In this document: positions 13,841 through 27,662 of the stretch, in pieces
Numbering within the stretch: the stretch's first letter is position 1
Layout: the number at the start of each line of letters is the position of its first letter
DNA from: Blasia pusilla
Taxonomy: Eukaryota
DNA length: 64,000 nt
Direction: 5' to 3'
Assembly: GCA_050084515.1 (NCBI GenBank)
Contig: CM114271.1
Location: 3,224,001 to 3,288,000, forward strand
Notes under the pieces: model-generated
The model's database searches: none
Told to the model about the DNA's origin: nothing
What the model saw: only the letters and a program-made list of their open reading frames with translations
Program-made: the position numbers and the translations under genes

Positions 13841-16800
13841 CGGGGAGATCCGGGTTTACGAGGAATCGTAGCCGGCTAAAATAAAAAAATTCCGATTCGA
13901 TCCAAGCTCGTCGGATAAAACTGGCAGGTTAAGGGGGGGATTTCTTTGTAAATGTATCTGGAAAGCTGGTTGGAAATCTAAATTTACCGGTATGGGCTCT
14001 GGAACACCAGTTTTGTACCGGTTCTCGTGAAAAAACTCCTCGGACTATGCCCCAACCCTCTCAAAGAGTCGTACATGGGTTAAGAATACACATGTCCTTC
14101 ACAAGATTGTAAGCCACTCGAAGTGGATGGAGGGATCTGATTCATCCTTTTTGTAGAGGACACCTTCTACAAGATGTCTACAGATGACTTCCTTTTATAG
14201 GAACAACAAAACACAAGGATTCAGTAAGAATGAATATTAAATACAATAGTGCATGTCTGAAATTTGACTGTTAAGCCATCCATCCATTATTACTCAGCCA
14301 TTATCTTTAAATAAAAAAAAATGGATGAGTATAACTTATCTCTATTCACTTTCTAATTTACCAAACAGATTATGGCGCATCAATTTAATGAGAGAGGAAA
14401 GGAATGATATGTCAAATATGAAAAATTTGCAAATAGTTTCTTGAAAAGAGAAGTTTACATATTGTCATCTAGTTTATAAAATTATGAGTAATATTTAAAT
14501 CAAATTTTGGACATATATATATGAAACTTGATATCTATGTTACTCAAATACATACATGCCTTTCACTTCATTGTATACTTAAGAAGATTTATGATTTAAC
14601 TCAATCAAAAGAATGCATTCAATAACAAGCAATGAAGATGAGAATCTTTAAAAAAAAATAAGCGAAAATATTATAGGGAAATATATGTTCATTTGTTGAT
14701 TCAAAGAGACCTTCAAAGCCTCCTCTATGGAGCAAGATTGGTGTAAATTTAATTAATTTTATACACTTTGGAGTTGAGATAAGTTTCTCTTCCAAAAGAT
14801 TTTTTTGCTAAGTTAAATATTTTCAAAAAAACTTTCCTTTGAAAATTATGCAATTAGACTAATGATAAATAATCATAATCTAAAATTGGGAAAAAAATCA
14901 TAGCTTTATGTTCTTCATCGTCAAATACCCCCCTCCACTTCATTACCACCAAAATATTGAAGTATGAGATCCTCTTGAAGCTTGATCTTGATCTTGATGA
15001 TAATGTCATCGAAATCTTGCAAGTTTCCTAGAGATTGACAAAAATAATACAATAAATTATATCTTATATTAAATAAATTTTCAACCAATAGAAATATTTT
15101 ATTATGGAATTTTATACTTCATATTTTTTTCTCTTTGCAACTTTGAAGAAATGAAAATTTTCAATGATATAGACACATAAAAATAACTCTATACTTTGAA
15201 TTTTATGATGAAAAGAATGGTTCACAAGTGGTAGGGATTGGATTTTAATAGATATATGGAAGATTCTTAAGTAGAGATTGTAAGAGAAATTATTTGAAAT
15301 GATTAACTTAATTTTGTCACATTTCATGTTGTTATTAAAAAAATTAGAATATGATTGCACATCTATTTATATAGGTTCTTAAAAGATGGAGGTTGCATGA
15401 AATTGAACTAAGAGGAAAGCTTAATAATTATTCTAAAAAAAATCATAAAGATACCTACAAAGGGAGGTACTGGAAATAACCCATTTTCATAATAAGAGAT
15501 CTCTAAATAGACAAAAGAAGACTAGTGTACCACGTCACACAATAGAGCTCAAAGTGATCTTTCAAATAACACTCAAAATTCAAACTCTCTAAGAAGAATC
15601 ATTATGAAACTCTATTATATGAATTTATTTCATCACTTATAATTTATGTAGAATCAATAGAATCCATAGTCAATCCTTTGCAATGAGTTCCAATTTTTTG
15701 AAATTAAATACTTAATATCTATCCTAAAGAATATTCCTGAAATTTAGGATCGAGTTATTTGATGTTAATCTCTAAGTAGTTCAAGAAGTGATAATAGTAT
15801 CTTGTAGTTTCAATAAGAGTTTAATGCTTCCTTTTGGTTAATTGTGATCATTGGGTTCAATTTTAATTGGTTAATGAATCAAATGATATCTTCTTCTTCT
15901 TTTATCGCTTTCTTAGTCCTTTCACATTTCCATTTCTCAATCATTTTCCCTAAATGAATAAAAAAAAAAAATAGGGTCTTCCCTCCGAGTTCTCTCAACG
16001 TCTAGAGTATAGAGTAGGATAGCGAATATGTATATAATCCACTAATATTTTTATCTTATTAAATAGAAGTTTATTTACTTATTGTGTTATTAATAACTTA
16101 ATAAGTATAAAGCTAAGAAACAATGAATGTGATCAAATTTCTTAGGTATGGATTATCTTTTTAATGTTACTTTCACTATCATACTTATTATATTATATTT
16201 TGTGATTCTACAATTCAAAAAGTTTTTAAGTTGGTCTTTTTCCAACATACTCTTAATATCCTCTCCTTATTTGTGGTTATGTTTAACTTGGTTTTCTCCA
16301 TCAGTTGTGTTGGACATCCATCAATTATTTATGCATAGCCAACAAAAAATTCATAAAGAGTTTGGAGATCATCAAATATGCTTTCAAGAACAAGAAAATA
16401 ATCCCCACAAAGACCCAACTTTGAAGAGATGAAGAAATTCAACTACAATAGATTTTATTCTAGATCCAATCATTTAACATTCCAATGAGAATAGGTAATG
16501 AACTCAAATCCATCGAGAGACCCACACAATCTAGAGAGATGGTTTATATGTTTTGGTTTTGTGAAGAAAGAAAATGGAATATGTTTTTCATGCTATCTAA
16601 CTTGGATCAATTACAGTATGGAACTTACAAAAATCTCATATAAATGCTCCATATATAAGATCCTTGCACAATTTATCTATGGGAAAGAGCTATAAGAATG
16701 ACAAAAAATCTATGAATCATCTTAGCATCATCAAGTATATATATAAACATTAAGTTGATAAGAATTATATATTTTAAAGATTTTACTTTACTACTACAAT

Positions 16801-17204
16801 AAGAATAAAAATATGCATTTAAAATTTTTTTATTCATGGTTAACTTCCATCTAAGATTGAAAATTTTATGTAAATATTATTTAGAAAATTTCATTTATAT
16901 GGACTTTTCACCATTCTTCTAATTACCAAAAAATCATTTCTTATTAATTCTTTTGGAGTAATTATTTGATATAGTGATATTATTCAAATTGAATTATCTT
17001 TGAAATTTTTTTGTAAGCTAGAGTTCTAAATTAGGTTAAATATGTAAATAATTACTACTTATATGTATATGTTTATTATTGTTGGAGTCTTCAGATTTAG
17101 TGTTTAGCTCTAGGTGCCCTACTTCTCATATCTTATCTTCATAGAAAGTCTTTTTTTTTTTCTTTCCCTTTTCGATCTTTCCATTAACACAATTTTAGGG
17201 TGTT

Positions 17205-20200
17205 ATGGCAAGTCGAGGAGCCCGAGCGCGCTATTACCCTGGAGCAAACTCTTTTAGTCTTTTCAGTGCACAGGTATATTTTCCTCTCTTCTTTGGAACC
17301 CCTAAATATGAGACCTCTATGTCCACTCTAAATATCTCAAGTTTGAAGAAGCTTGAGATGTATTTTTTTTTACATTTACCACGTGTATGTTCAGAATTGA
17401 GTTAGCTTTAGGTTATGATAAGATTATGAGAGAATTGGACCCTACCTATGTTGTTTTGATTAGAAAATTGAAATTCAAAGAAAGATTGTTGCAATAGAAA
17501 GTTGGCTTAAGTCATTCAATATCTCAAAGATACTAAGTGCACTAAAGATTTGGATTATCTGTGTTTACACATGAGAATAGGGAAGCAATCCACTTGAAGA
17601 CTGCAAGGTGTACGGGAAAGGAGTCCAAAAGGTTGTTCCTACTCTCATCTAGGGTAATTGCATTGATTTGTGTTAATTTTACGTTATTTGATTAAGCTAC
17701 AATATCTTAATGAAATTATGGGCTTATATTTGGTATTGTATTTTAATATAGGTTTATGATAGATCAGTCAAGGGATATGCTTACACTCTTTGCGGAGGAC
17801 CTCAATCAAAATTGCAGCTACCAAAACATGATACAAAATCAGGTAATTTTCAAGTGATTTCAGGTTTTGAAAGATATCTCCAGGTTTCAATAATAGTATC
17901 TATCTTAATATTTGTGGATATGTCATCTTACACATATACAATGGGTAATAGTGTGATATTTTGATGTAATCAATAGAATTTAAGAGCATGCAATGGAGTG
18001 AATGAGCAGGTCTCCAACTACTGCATCACTTCTTGGTCTTCCAAGTGTTTGTGCCCCCGGGCCAACATTTTTCTATTGAGCTCAGGTAACTCGTAAGCAT
18101 GTCCTTATCCTCCATGTGAACCTTATGAAGTTGGAATTTGTTTCATGGCTTCATTGGTTTGTCAAGCTATGAATTTAAAAAATTGTGAAATGGATATTTT
18201 CACAAATATATGGACTTAAATATACTTGGTATTTGATAGTCAATACTAAAGGTGTTTTCTGATGATGAGATCATAATTTGTTTATAGGGTAAGCGACTCG
18301 AATAACACAAGGAGAAAAATGTACTTTTCTACAAATTTTAGTGACATCAAGAGTACTCCTCTCCATTGTCAAATACCTATTTCGATGGTCAGTAAAATCT
18401 GAATCTCTTTCTAGCTAGGTGGTATCTATTTGATTCCAACCCTTTCAACTTTTTTTCTTAAGTTGAGATAGTCTTTCCATGCGCATACTTCCAACTAAGT
18501 TCTCTTTGCACAACTTCTCACAAGTCATAATGAGATAGTCACTCCTAAAACTTGACCGATAGGATTTTCTTCAATATAAAATTTTCTTTTTCATCATTAC
18601 AATCTTGAGGGAAATTTTTAAATGATATTTTACAAGATTTCTTCAGAGAATTTTTCTTTGATGTTCTATCTCCTATTACAATCATGGTTGATAGACTATC
18701 CAAATTACTAAATAGAACAATTTTTTCATCAGAAAATCATTCCATTGGTTGGGAAATTGTATATTTATTTAATAAACCATACTTGACCATCAATGCAGGT
18801 CATACGCAATAAATGGCTTAGTTTGGCATTTCATGTTGCAGATCTCTTCAACAATTGTTTCCGTGGTGGTGTAAATTTTCGGTGAGTGTTTTCTTATAGT
18901 GTTAATCCTAGATGACTTTCTTTCATATTAATAAATCCCACGTGATTTTATTTCATTCTTGTGGGAATAATTTCATTCTTGTGGGAGCTTTTCTTCAAAT
19001 GCTATATTGCCTCACTTTTTGATAACCTACTTGCAGGTCCATTGATATTATTGTTCTAGGTCCTGTATGTAAAATTCGAAAAATTTTCACAATGAGATGT
19101 CGAATTACGGATACAACTCAGTACGGATACGCGGAGGAAGGAAATGAGGATTGCTTGCCACAAGAGCATCTTTATGCCTCAGGTGTAGACTCATGTATAC
19201 AAATATTGGATATGGCATCATTACAAGCGACCGTTCTTAGCAATGGTGAAGCTAATGCTGAAGGTACTCCCATCCTATTTGATTTTTGGTGAGTCAATCG
19301 TCTTGCAAAAAATATATATCATGAAGAATAGTTACAAGAAAAACTATGTTACTACAGCTAAACAGAATTTCAAATTTTTTTTGGGATCTTATTGGTTTTT
19401 TGTGCATTGCCTTTTTCCTTAATTATTTACAGAGTCTCGAATTGCTTTGGGTCTAGAAACTGGATTGAATGCTCGGAAGGGCACACATGGCAAGATGGAA
19501 AATTCACGTATGGTACATGTGGCATTTGGGACAAGAATGCCACTTCCATTGTCCACAGTTCAAATCAACACAAATCTCCCACACGACAAGTGCCCACTTA
19601 TTCCCAAGGATCGGTTTCGACAACATTTTCATATTGACCCTGCAGTTTGTGAAGCCAAGGAGCCTAAACCTTCATCAAACATTGTATCTCGTGCATTGAG
19701 TATGACCTCCACAAGTCTTCGTCAAGAAACTGAGAGAAGGAAGGTGGATGGATTACTACTAGATTGTAAGTCTATGCTAGGCAATGGAATAGGGAAAGTT
19801 TATAACGATGTAACCCCATGTGTTGAAGAGAAAGATCCTTCCAACACTCCCATAGCAGAAAGAATGAAAATAGATAATGTCTCACAAGAGTTTCACTTGC
19901 CATCAATTCTAGACCCATTGCCCCATTATCCAACAATGATTGATCAGAACATCAGTGAAGCAACAAATGGTCATGTTGGGGTGGATCCTACAAACAAAAG
20001 TCCATGTAAAGCTCAAGGACCAAAGAAAAGGGAAGTACAAACATCTACATATACAAAATCCCAACGTAAAGACTATCAGGGTGACAAGCAGAGATCAAAG
20101 GAGTACAAATATTCAAGATATATGGATTCGCCCCCTGAGAGCCCTCCTTGTGCTTGGAACAACTTTACCAATGGGAACAAATTTGAAGATAAAGCTTTCA

Positions 20201-22360
20201 ATGATCATTTCATGGACGGACTGTGGATGGAAAACCAATTTAGCAAATCTCTTGATACAGGTAAATCTTATGGCCCTATAGATAGCCTAAAAGAGAGAAG
20301 TAAAAAAATTTTGGATTCTCGAATCCAAATCTGATTTTACAATGAGATGGTTGGCTCAATGTGCATGGATATGTTCAGTTCAAGGTCAGAAAAAACTCAA
20401 CTCACAAGTCTTTCTTATGTTAGTAATTATCAACTAAGAATATCTAACAAAGAAGAACACATGACTTGGAAATACTAGAGCGTCTATAGTTGAATCTTAA
20501 TTTTGATCAAAAAGGGGATTGGAGTTGATACCCATCACTTCTTCAAGACACATGAAGTGTAACATGAAGGCTAAAATTCAAAATCTTGCACAATATCACT
20601 TAAAAATTATTTTCCAACACCACTTCTAGCCAGGGGTGATGACAAAGTAATTTGGTGTTTGGTATAGAAATGGAAGTACCCTTACTTTGGATGTGAATAA
20701 ATGTTGGATTAGATTCCTCCATAAAGTTTTAAGAAGTACTAATTTTTGGTTTATGGAAATGTGGATGACCTCCAAAAGAATAAATGTTGGATTAGATTCC
20801 TCCATAAATTTTTAAGAAGTACTAATTTTTCGTTTATGGAAATATGGGTGACCTACAAAAGAGAAGAGAATGTGGTATTCATAATCTTGAAGAAATTGCT
20901 CATGGCTCATTGGATCTTGGTTTGTATGTGCAACATGTGTATCCTAACGACATGAAAATTTTGCAGAAGCAGCAAGGAAATACATTCATGAGGAAGACAT
21001 GCTAGTATTTGATGACCAAGATGAATCTTCTTTTAAGAAACTCTCGTGTGAGAATAAAAAGGTTAGAATGACCAAAACTTTTCCACCACTCCCTAAAAAC
21101 TATGAGTCCACCAAAGGTCTTGGTGGGTTTGTCTTCACCAAGAAGAGATGGATATTCTAGATATTCATAAGAAGGTACCAAAATGATCCTAGGTTTCATC
21201 TAATCAATAAATAACTTCCACATGAAGAAGATGTAATAAAAGCTTCTTTAGATCTCGTGTGGTGAAATGGTCTCCAATTGTATATGATATAGTTAGAATG
21301 GCACTTCATAATCAAAAGTAAACTACCAAAATTCCTAGGAGAAAGTTACTATTTTTTTATTATTCTACTTATACTTTTTATAGTAAATTTTCTTATTACT
21401 AGAAGAAAGCAATAGCCTTCCAAGATGAGGTGTACATCCTTATCCACTTATGTTTGTGATAGGATTTTCGCAAAATGACTCGTGTGTTGTTGTTATCTTT
21501 TAGGATTTAAATAAATCAATCACATGGACGATGGATACCTTTCCTGAAGAAGAAGTCAAGGATGTGAGAGAATCTTTTGACTCTGAAATTGGAACACAGA
21601 TTTGCAGAGGAACGCTAGACTCCACTCTTGAAGAGAGGTAATGAAAGTAGATGCTTTGATTTTCTACTTTTTTTCTAGATTTTTCATATCTTTTGAGAAA
21701 TGAAAGAAGCTAAAAAACATAATTTTCTTAATTTAAGAATGTGTATATTTCTTTTCTCAAGTTTTTAGATAGAGTGATGATGATAAGAATTACCCAAGAA
21801 GCCATATTTCACCATTCACCAAAAACCTCGCATCTTGGGTTAAAACATCCATCTCTTCTATTCTTTCCTCCTTAGTGAGGAAAAAATAGAAGAGATAGAT
21901 GTTGCATACCCAATAAATTTTAAACTCATATTCTATTTGATCGGTAGGGATGTCGACACTTTTACCTTGGAGCCTTTCAAAAGTGTATTGAAGAGTGATG
22001 TATTGCGGAACATCTCGTCGTGGCAAATATTGGATGAAAATCCTATCACCACATCTCTTACAAATATTGAAGATCAAAATTCAGATCTTAATGAAGAAGG
22101 TGGATGTATGATCCTCTTGAAGTCTTTCCATCTTATTACGTAGTTCTGGGGAGCACCCCATAACTAGCTCATTGTTTTGAATTATGCATTTAAAGTTGGA
22201 TGAAGCTTCCTCATCCGTTGATGCTCACTCTAGATAATTCATGGTTGCAGGTCTCCTCGTTAGCAAGGATAGACCTGATGAAGACTTGGATCTTTTGTAT
22301 GATCCAACCTTGGATTGCTACTATGATCCTAAAACTAATCGGTACTATGAGCTAAAATGA
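17205..22360 (+). CDS. CFAP20DC: CFAP20-domain-containing protein (C3orf67-like, CFA20/DUF667 N-terminus), multi-exon
   Basis: Phase-consistent GT-AG exons 17205-17273, 17581-17631, 17752-17842, 18010-18085, 18288-18387, 18799-18881, 19037-19263 and 19433-20260 give ...FSLFSAQGSNP..VYDRSVKGYAYTL..KLQLPK..LHHFLVFQVFVPPGQHFSIELRVSD..RRKMYFST..STPLHCQIP..KWLSLAF..CKIRKIFTMR..HVAFGTR. Last exon 22251-22360 ends LLYDPTLDCYYDPKTNRYYELK*, the typical C3orf67 tail. Exons between 20260 and 22100 (e.g. 21504-21638, ~21949-22099) are less certain. Confidence 0.88.
20695..20860 (+). repeat. Tandem duplication, 2 x 83 bp, intronic
   Basis: GAATAAATGTTGGATTAGATTCCTCCATAAA...GACCT.CAAAA at 20695 and 20778. 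Confidence 0.9.
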
Positions 22361-24289
22361 AGTTTTCAACCTTAAAAAATAATAATGGATTTGGAGTAGT
22401 AAGATTTAGAGCAAGATACCAGAGGTTTCTAAGTGTTGCATAACTCCTTGCCAAGAGAAAAATTTCTTGTAGGCTCCCAAAACTCCAATTATGGAATATG
22501 AAGTTATGAAATTAATTGGGCGTACGGCCAAAATTTCCGTAAAGACCAACTGAATCAACATGTTTCAACCTTCAAAATGACATTCTATTGGATGAATATT
22601 TACAAGTGATGGATGGAAAAAATATGGCTGAAAGATAATGATTGAGGATATTAATGAATAAAGATTGTAGAGCATGTGTTAGCGTCTTCATTGAAAATGT
22701 CTCAAATTTTAGAATCATATGCTTTCCAATGAAGATCTAGAAGGGATGGATGCAAATAATGAAGCTTGGAGGCTTGATTTGAGGATTTTTTTTTTATCAA
22801 GTGGAGGTTGGAGAGAAGATAGTGTCAACTATAGGATAGAAATGGGATGAAATTTCTCTTCAATAAAATGTTTTTTTAGTAGAATCGCTCTCATACATTG
22901 ATTTCCAATTTTTTTTTCTCAAAAATGAAATGATTGAGCCTACCTTATGAAGACAAGGTTCTAAGGTATATTTTTCATAGGATGTTATATAGTCTTTAAG
23001 AAATGGTATAATGAATCTTGTTGGTTTTGAGTTGTGATTCTATAGAGATTTCATAGAGTTTATGGTAGTCCTTTCAAATACTATTATTATTATGTATTCT
23101 TGAATCTTGATGTCTTACTAGCCTAAAAGGCCTTAAGTAAGTATGGTACATATAAAAGGATTGCCTTTCAAATTAAAATACTCTTAGAATTGCCTTGAGA
23201 ACGTATTGAGAAATACGCCCCTACAACGATGCCGTCTAAGAAAGAATTGGCCTCATAGTAGTAGGTAGTTTTCCCTCTTTTCTTCATGTTTGTATGATAC
23301 AACTTTGTGCTCAATAGCTAAAAATGATATGAACGACACCCCTAGGGTAAAAAATAAAAAAAGTTATGCAGATGATTCATCGCCATCTACTTAGTTTCTT
23401 CTTGCTTCTATAAACTGTGAGCTTTTCACCTAATCCTTCTAAAGTTCTCCATGCTTATAATTGAAGACGTTTATAAAAGGCATAGATATTTTCTCCCTTC
23501 ATATCAAACTTAATAATGTATCAAGATGTTAATGCTCAAACATCTAATTTGCAAAGAATTCTCAACATCTACTTTGTCATTCCTTGTTCATGTTTAGAGC
23601 TACTAAAAGTAGCCAAATCATAAACATAACCCATCACACAACTAACTCAAAAACATGGAGAGGTGAATGATCAAGCATCTACTTCAGAAGGAATTCTCAA
23701 CCGTATCGTGCGCATACACATTGCTACACAACATACATTGTTGTCGATAAGCATACACACAAACACACACAATCCCATGCTAACTCATGGCATCCAAACA
23801 ACGAGACAAGAAGTACCAAAATATCTCCAATAAATCAAGTAGATCTCACATCACGTCACATCTCTCTCAACAACTCACACCAAGCTCTCTATGGTGTGCA
23901 CTCTCTCTCATGTCAATCCAAACCTACTCTCCTAAAGGGAGGCTTGGGTTACACACACAAGGCAAGGAGGACCATAGCTCTGCCGCCTCCTGCCAAGAGG
24001 TTCAACAAAGAGAGAATGACCTCTCAAGCTCTCTCTCGTTGAGGTATACCCCCTTCCCTCTCCCAAGCTCTCTCCTCGGTAACCTATGCTCGTAGGTCAC
24101 CTCCTTGGCTCTTGACCTATTGTAGCGGGTCAAGGGCCACCTCCACAAGTGGAAAGTCAACTCTACTAAATATGGAAACTTATCCAAAATAGTAAGTTTC
24201 TCTATATAACTCCAAATGAGCCGAAACACGGACTCATCTTTAGGATGTCCCGGGTGAATCCTCACCGCGACCTCCTATCAGGTGATATA

Positions 24290-24615
24290 TGTGGAAAACT
24301 GCTAAACAAAACATAACTGGTGGAAAAATGACTCTCACACACACACACACACACACACACAATCATGGAGGACGAAATTTGCAATGAGAGAATGAGTGGA
24401 GGCTGGTCCTCTCCTCAATTATATAGGATATGTACAAGCAACCCTAACCCTACCCTTAACCATAGTCTCGAGTTAGACTAATTGTGATTAACTAACCCTA
24501 CTTAAGAGAATCGTGCTTAAGTGATTAACCAAGATTAAGCTTCCCTACTTTGTGTGAGTACCAAATGTAGGAGTTCATATGTCTCATAAGCTTGACTGTA
24601 ACTCAATCTTCAATA
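24290..24615 (-). repeat. copia 3' LTR
   Basis: Direct repeat of 27349-27662, preceded on the minus strand by PPT AGCTTGAGGGGGAG (24616-24629). Confidence 0.9.
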
Positions 24616-24683
24616 CTCCCCCTCAAGCTCATATTGATATCTCTAACGTCTAAATCCTTTCTAAAAATCTCAAACTTATCTCT

Positions 24684-25251
24684 AGACACGTCTTTTAGGA
24701 TAGATCTGTCAGATCTAGCAGAGCGCCTTCGTGAGTAGTGGAGGATAGGCTCAATAGGTGGAGGATGACTTACTGAGGCCCCGGGAAACGTGAGAGCAAA
24801 TTTCCCCATTGTTTCGGCTCATTTAGAGCCATATTGAGGAACTTATTATTTTAGGTAAGTACTATTTTTAGTATATGATCAACTTTTATTTTTGGTAAGT
24901 GGCCCTTGACCTCCATCAGGTCAAGAGCCAAGGAGGTGACTTTGGAGCGTAGGTTACCATAGAGAGAGCTTGGGAGAGGGGAGGAGTATACCTAAAGGAG
25001 AGAGAGCTTGAGGGCTCATTCTCTCTTTGTTGAACCTCTTGGCATAAGGCGGCGGAGCTATGGTCCCTTGCCTTGTGAGTGTAACCCAAGCCTCTCATTA
25101 GGAGAGTGGGTTTGGTTTGACATGAGAGAGTGTGCACACCTTTGAGAGTTATGGTGTGAGATGGTGTAGAGAGAGATTGGATCTTACTTTACAAAGAGAG
25201 AATGAGCCCTCAAGCTCTCTCTCCCTGAGGCATACCCCTCCCCTCTCCCAA
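24684..25251 (+). mobile_element. Family-2 A-repeat (element 5' end) inside the copia, ending in a fold-back inversion
   Basis: Matches 63031-63556 on +. 25191-25251 is the near reverse complement of 24970-25030. Confidence 0.8.
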
Positions 25252-27336
25252 CTTGGATGCTCTTCTATCTTGCTTTGGAAAAGGAAATCTAGCTTGTTTT
25301 CCAAATTGGCAAGCAGGAAATACCTCTAACGTAGCATGACTGGCTAATTTAGGGAGTCCTATTACTATATTAGATGATGAAAAAGTATATAATCTTTGAA
25401 GATTGATATGTCCAATTCTTTTATGCCACACATTTAGATTTGTGACTTGTTGGCCGATTTGACCATACATTGCTATTTGAATCTTTGGCACAGAAATATC
25501 TAATTTGAACATTCTGCCAGATCTAGTTCCTTTGGCTATTGTAGTCTGGTCACCCATTGATTCAATGAAACAACCATCTGCGTTAGACTTCACTTGATAA
25601 GCCTGTTCTATTATCTGTGCTATAGATATCAGATTTCTTGCAATAGTAGGAACATAGAGAACATTTCCAAGAGCACAAAGACCATATGATGCTATTGGAA
25701 CTTTACAGGTATGCGAGATATGATGTTGAGTGTCATCTCATGTGAGCACAATTGCAGGATCTTTCACCGGCTCCAAACTATTGAACCATTTAGCTTGTGA
25801 GATCATGTGATTTGATGCATCAAAGTCAATGTACCAATCTGTTGTCAAGTCTTTCTTCACCATTGCTCCCATATGATGAGTCATGACGAAGAGATGCTAT
25901 GTTTGTGAATGTTGTTGTTTTTGGTACTACTCTTGGTAGTGTTGCTCCACATAGTTTTATTGTTGTAAGGATCCTATTCTCATATCTTCCTTCTTCTTGA
26001 AACAAAACTTTGCATATTGACCCTTTATCCCACAGTAATTGCAAGATCCAGAGACCCTTTGTTGCTGACCTCGATCCCAACGATTTCCACCATCACCACC
26101 TTGTGATTGTGTCTGGTACTGGTTCGTAGTTGATTGAGTGACATTATATTGAGTGCCTCTTCCTCCATATGCTTCATATCCACCACGACCACGGAAGTTT
26201 TTGCCATGACCCCTGCCTCTGTTTGATCCATAATCTGCAAATAACGCACTCTCTTGTAGATTAGACGAGCTACCGCTGCCTACTAGGTGCATCTCTTCAC
26301 TGATCAATAGAGGAACTAACTCTTGAAAGGTTGGATATTTCTCTCTCACAGAGATAGAGGTCTCAAAGGACTTGTAATGCTTTGGAAGGCCTTGAAGAGT
26401 GAATAAAATCAGATCATCATATTCTACTGTCACTCCAATGCTATTCAACTAATCAACAATATGTCTGATACTCAAAATATAATCATTGATGCTCTACGAT
26501 CTTTTCCTCACTACGTTTAATTGTTGTTTCAATTGAAGCTTTCTGGCCTTTGTAAATGTCTAGAATAACTTTTCCAATGCATCCCAGGACTCCTTCGGAG
26601 TATCAACATCTTGGATGTGACCAATCATTGGCGAATTGATCGTTATTGCAATGTCGTGGATTACTTGCCTTACACGTTTGTTCCAAGTACGAACATTCAA
26701 GTCTGTTGAGTCACCTTCTAGCTTGGCCTCATCACCTATGACAAGCTCCCATAGTTCTTGACCCATGAGAAATTATTTCATGCAAAACTTCTAGATATTG
26801 TAATTCTGCTTGTCTAGCTTCTCGCCTGTGATTGATGTTGAGGAATACTCCATGATAAACGATTTCACTCACAAAAACATAATTTCAGGCTTTCTACTGC
26901 TCCAATTGAAGCATAGACTACTCTTACACAGAAATTGACCTAAAATTTGCCAAAATTGATCAAATGTAAGAAAGAACTAGTCGAAATTGGCTTGTAGAGA
27001 GCAAAGTACACAACTTTTCTTCACTAATTGCACTTTCCTACACGTCAGAGTGTCAGAATCGAGCAATTTTGGGTGCGTTGGAAAGCTCTCAATGAGCTCT
27101 ATAAGACGTCTAGAACAACCTTTGACATCATTCTAGCCAAAGCGGACCCAGATGGCTGAATCAACCGGGAAAGCCCTAAAAAACGCCTCCAAAGTTTTAT
27201 CACCGTCAAAGCTCCACTTGAAATCTGCACCCACTAAGTTATGAATAAAATTTCCTTCTCCCAAACTGAAATTTTGCCTTCTCTTGCCTCTCTTCTCTAT
27301 TCAAACACCAAGAATTTCAAGTGATGTTCTCCTCCC

Positions 27337-27348
27337 GCTGTGATACCA
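27337..27348 (-). promoter_or_regulatory. copia primer-binding site (tRNA-iMet)
   Basis: TGGTATCACAGC directly after the 5' LTR; one mismatch to TGGTATCAGAGC. Confidence 0.85.
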
Positions 27349-27662
27349 TGTGGAAAATTGCTAAACAAGCATAAGTGGTGGAAAACGGCTATCACACACA
27401 CACACACCACCATAGAGAACGAAATTTGTAATGAGATAATGAGTGGATTCTGGTCCTCAACTCAATTATATAGGATATGTACAAGCAACCCTAACCCCAC
27501 ACTTAACCATAGTCTCGAGTTAGACTAGTTATGATTAACTAACCATAGTTAAGATAATCGTGTTTAACTCACTAACCAAGATTAACCTTCCCTACTTCGT
27601 GTGAGTACCAAATGTAATAGTTCAGATGTCTTATGAGCTTGACTATAACTCAATCTTCGATA
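27349..27662 (-). repeat. copia 5' LTR
   Basis: Direct repeat of 24290-24615, followed by the PBS on the minus strand. Confidence 0.9.

Larger units (their letters stand above)
6266..14050. mobile_element. Element bounded by ~140-bp imperfect terminal inverted repeats (6266-6405 / 13910-14050), expanded by nested insertions
   Basis: The reverse complement of 13910-14050 (GCATAGTCCGAGGAGTTTTTTCACGA...CAGATACATTTACAAAGAAATCCCCC...) aligns with 6266-6405. No clear TSD. Confidence 0.65.
24290..27662 (-). mobile_element. Ty1/copia LTR retrotransposon lacking integrase core and RT, nested in the family-2 protease region
   Basis: Two LTRs, perfect TSD ATATA (24285-89 / 27663-67), PBS and PPT. gag (MGQELWELV, LQGLPKHY, CNYCGIKGQYAKFC), protease (WYIDFDASNHM), pre-integrase WHKRIGHIN and RNase H tail (...SLRGS). 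Confidence 0.92.

Noticed and set aside
14600-16800. Possible hAT transposase dimerisation-domain remnants
   Set aside because: AT-rich and too decayed; no continuous frame or TIR.
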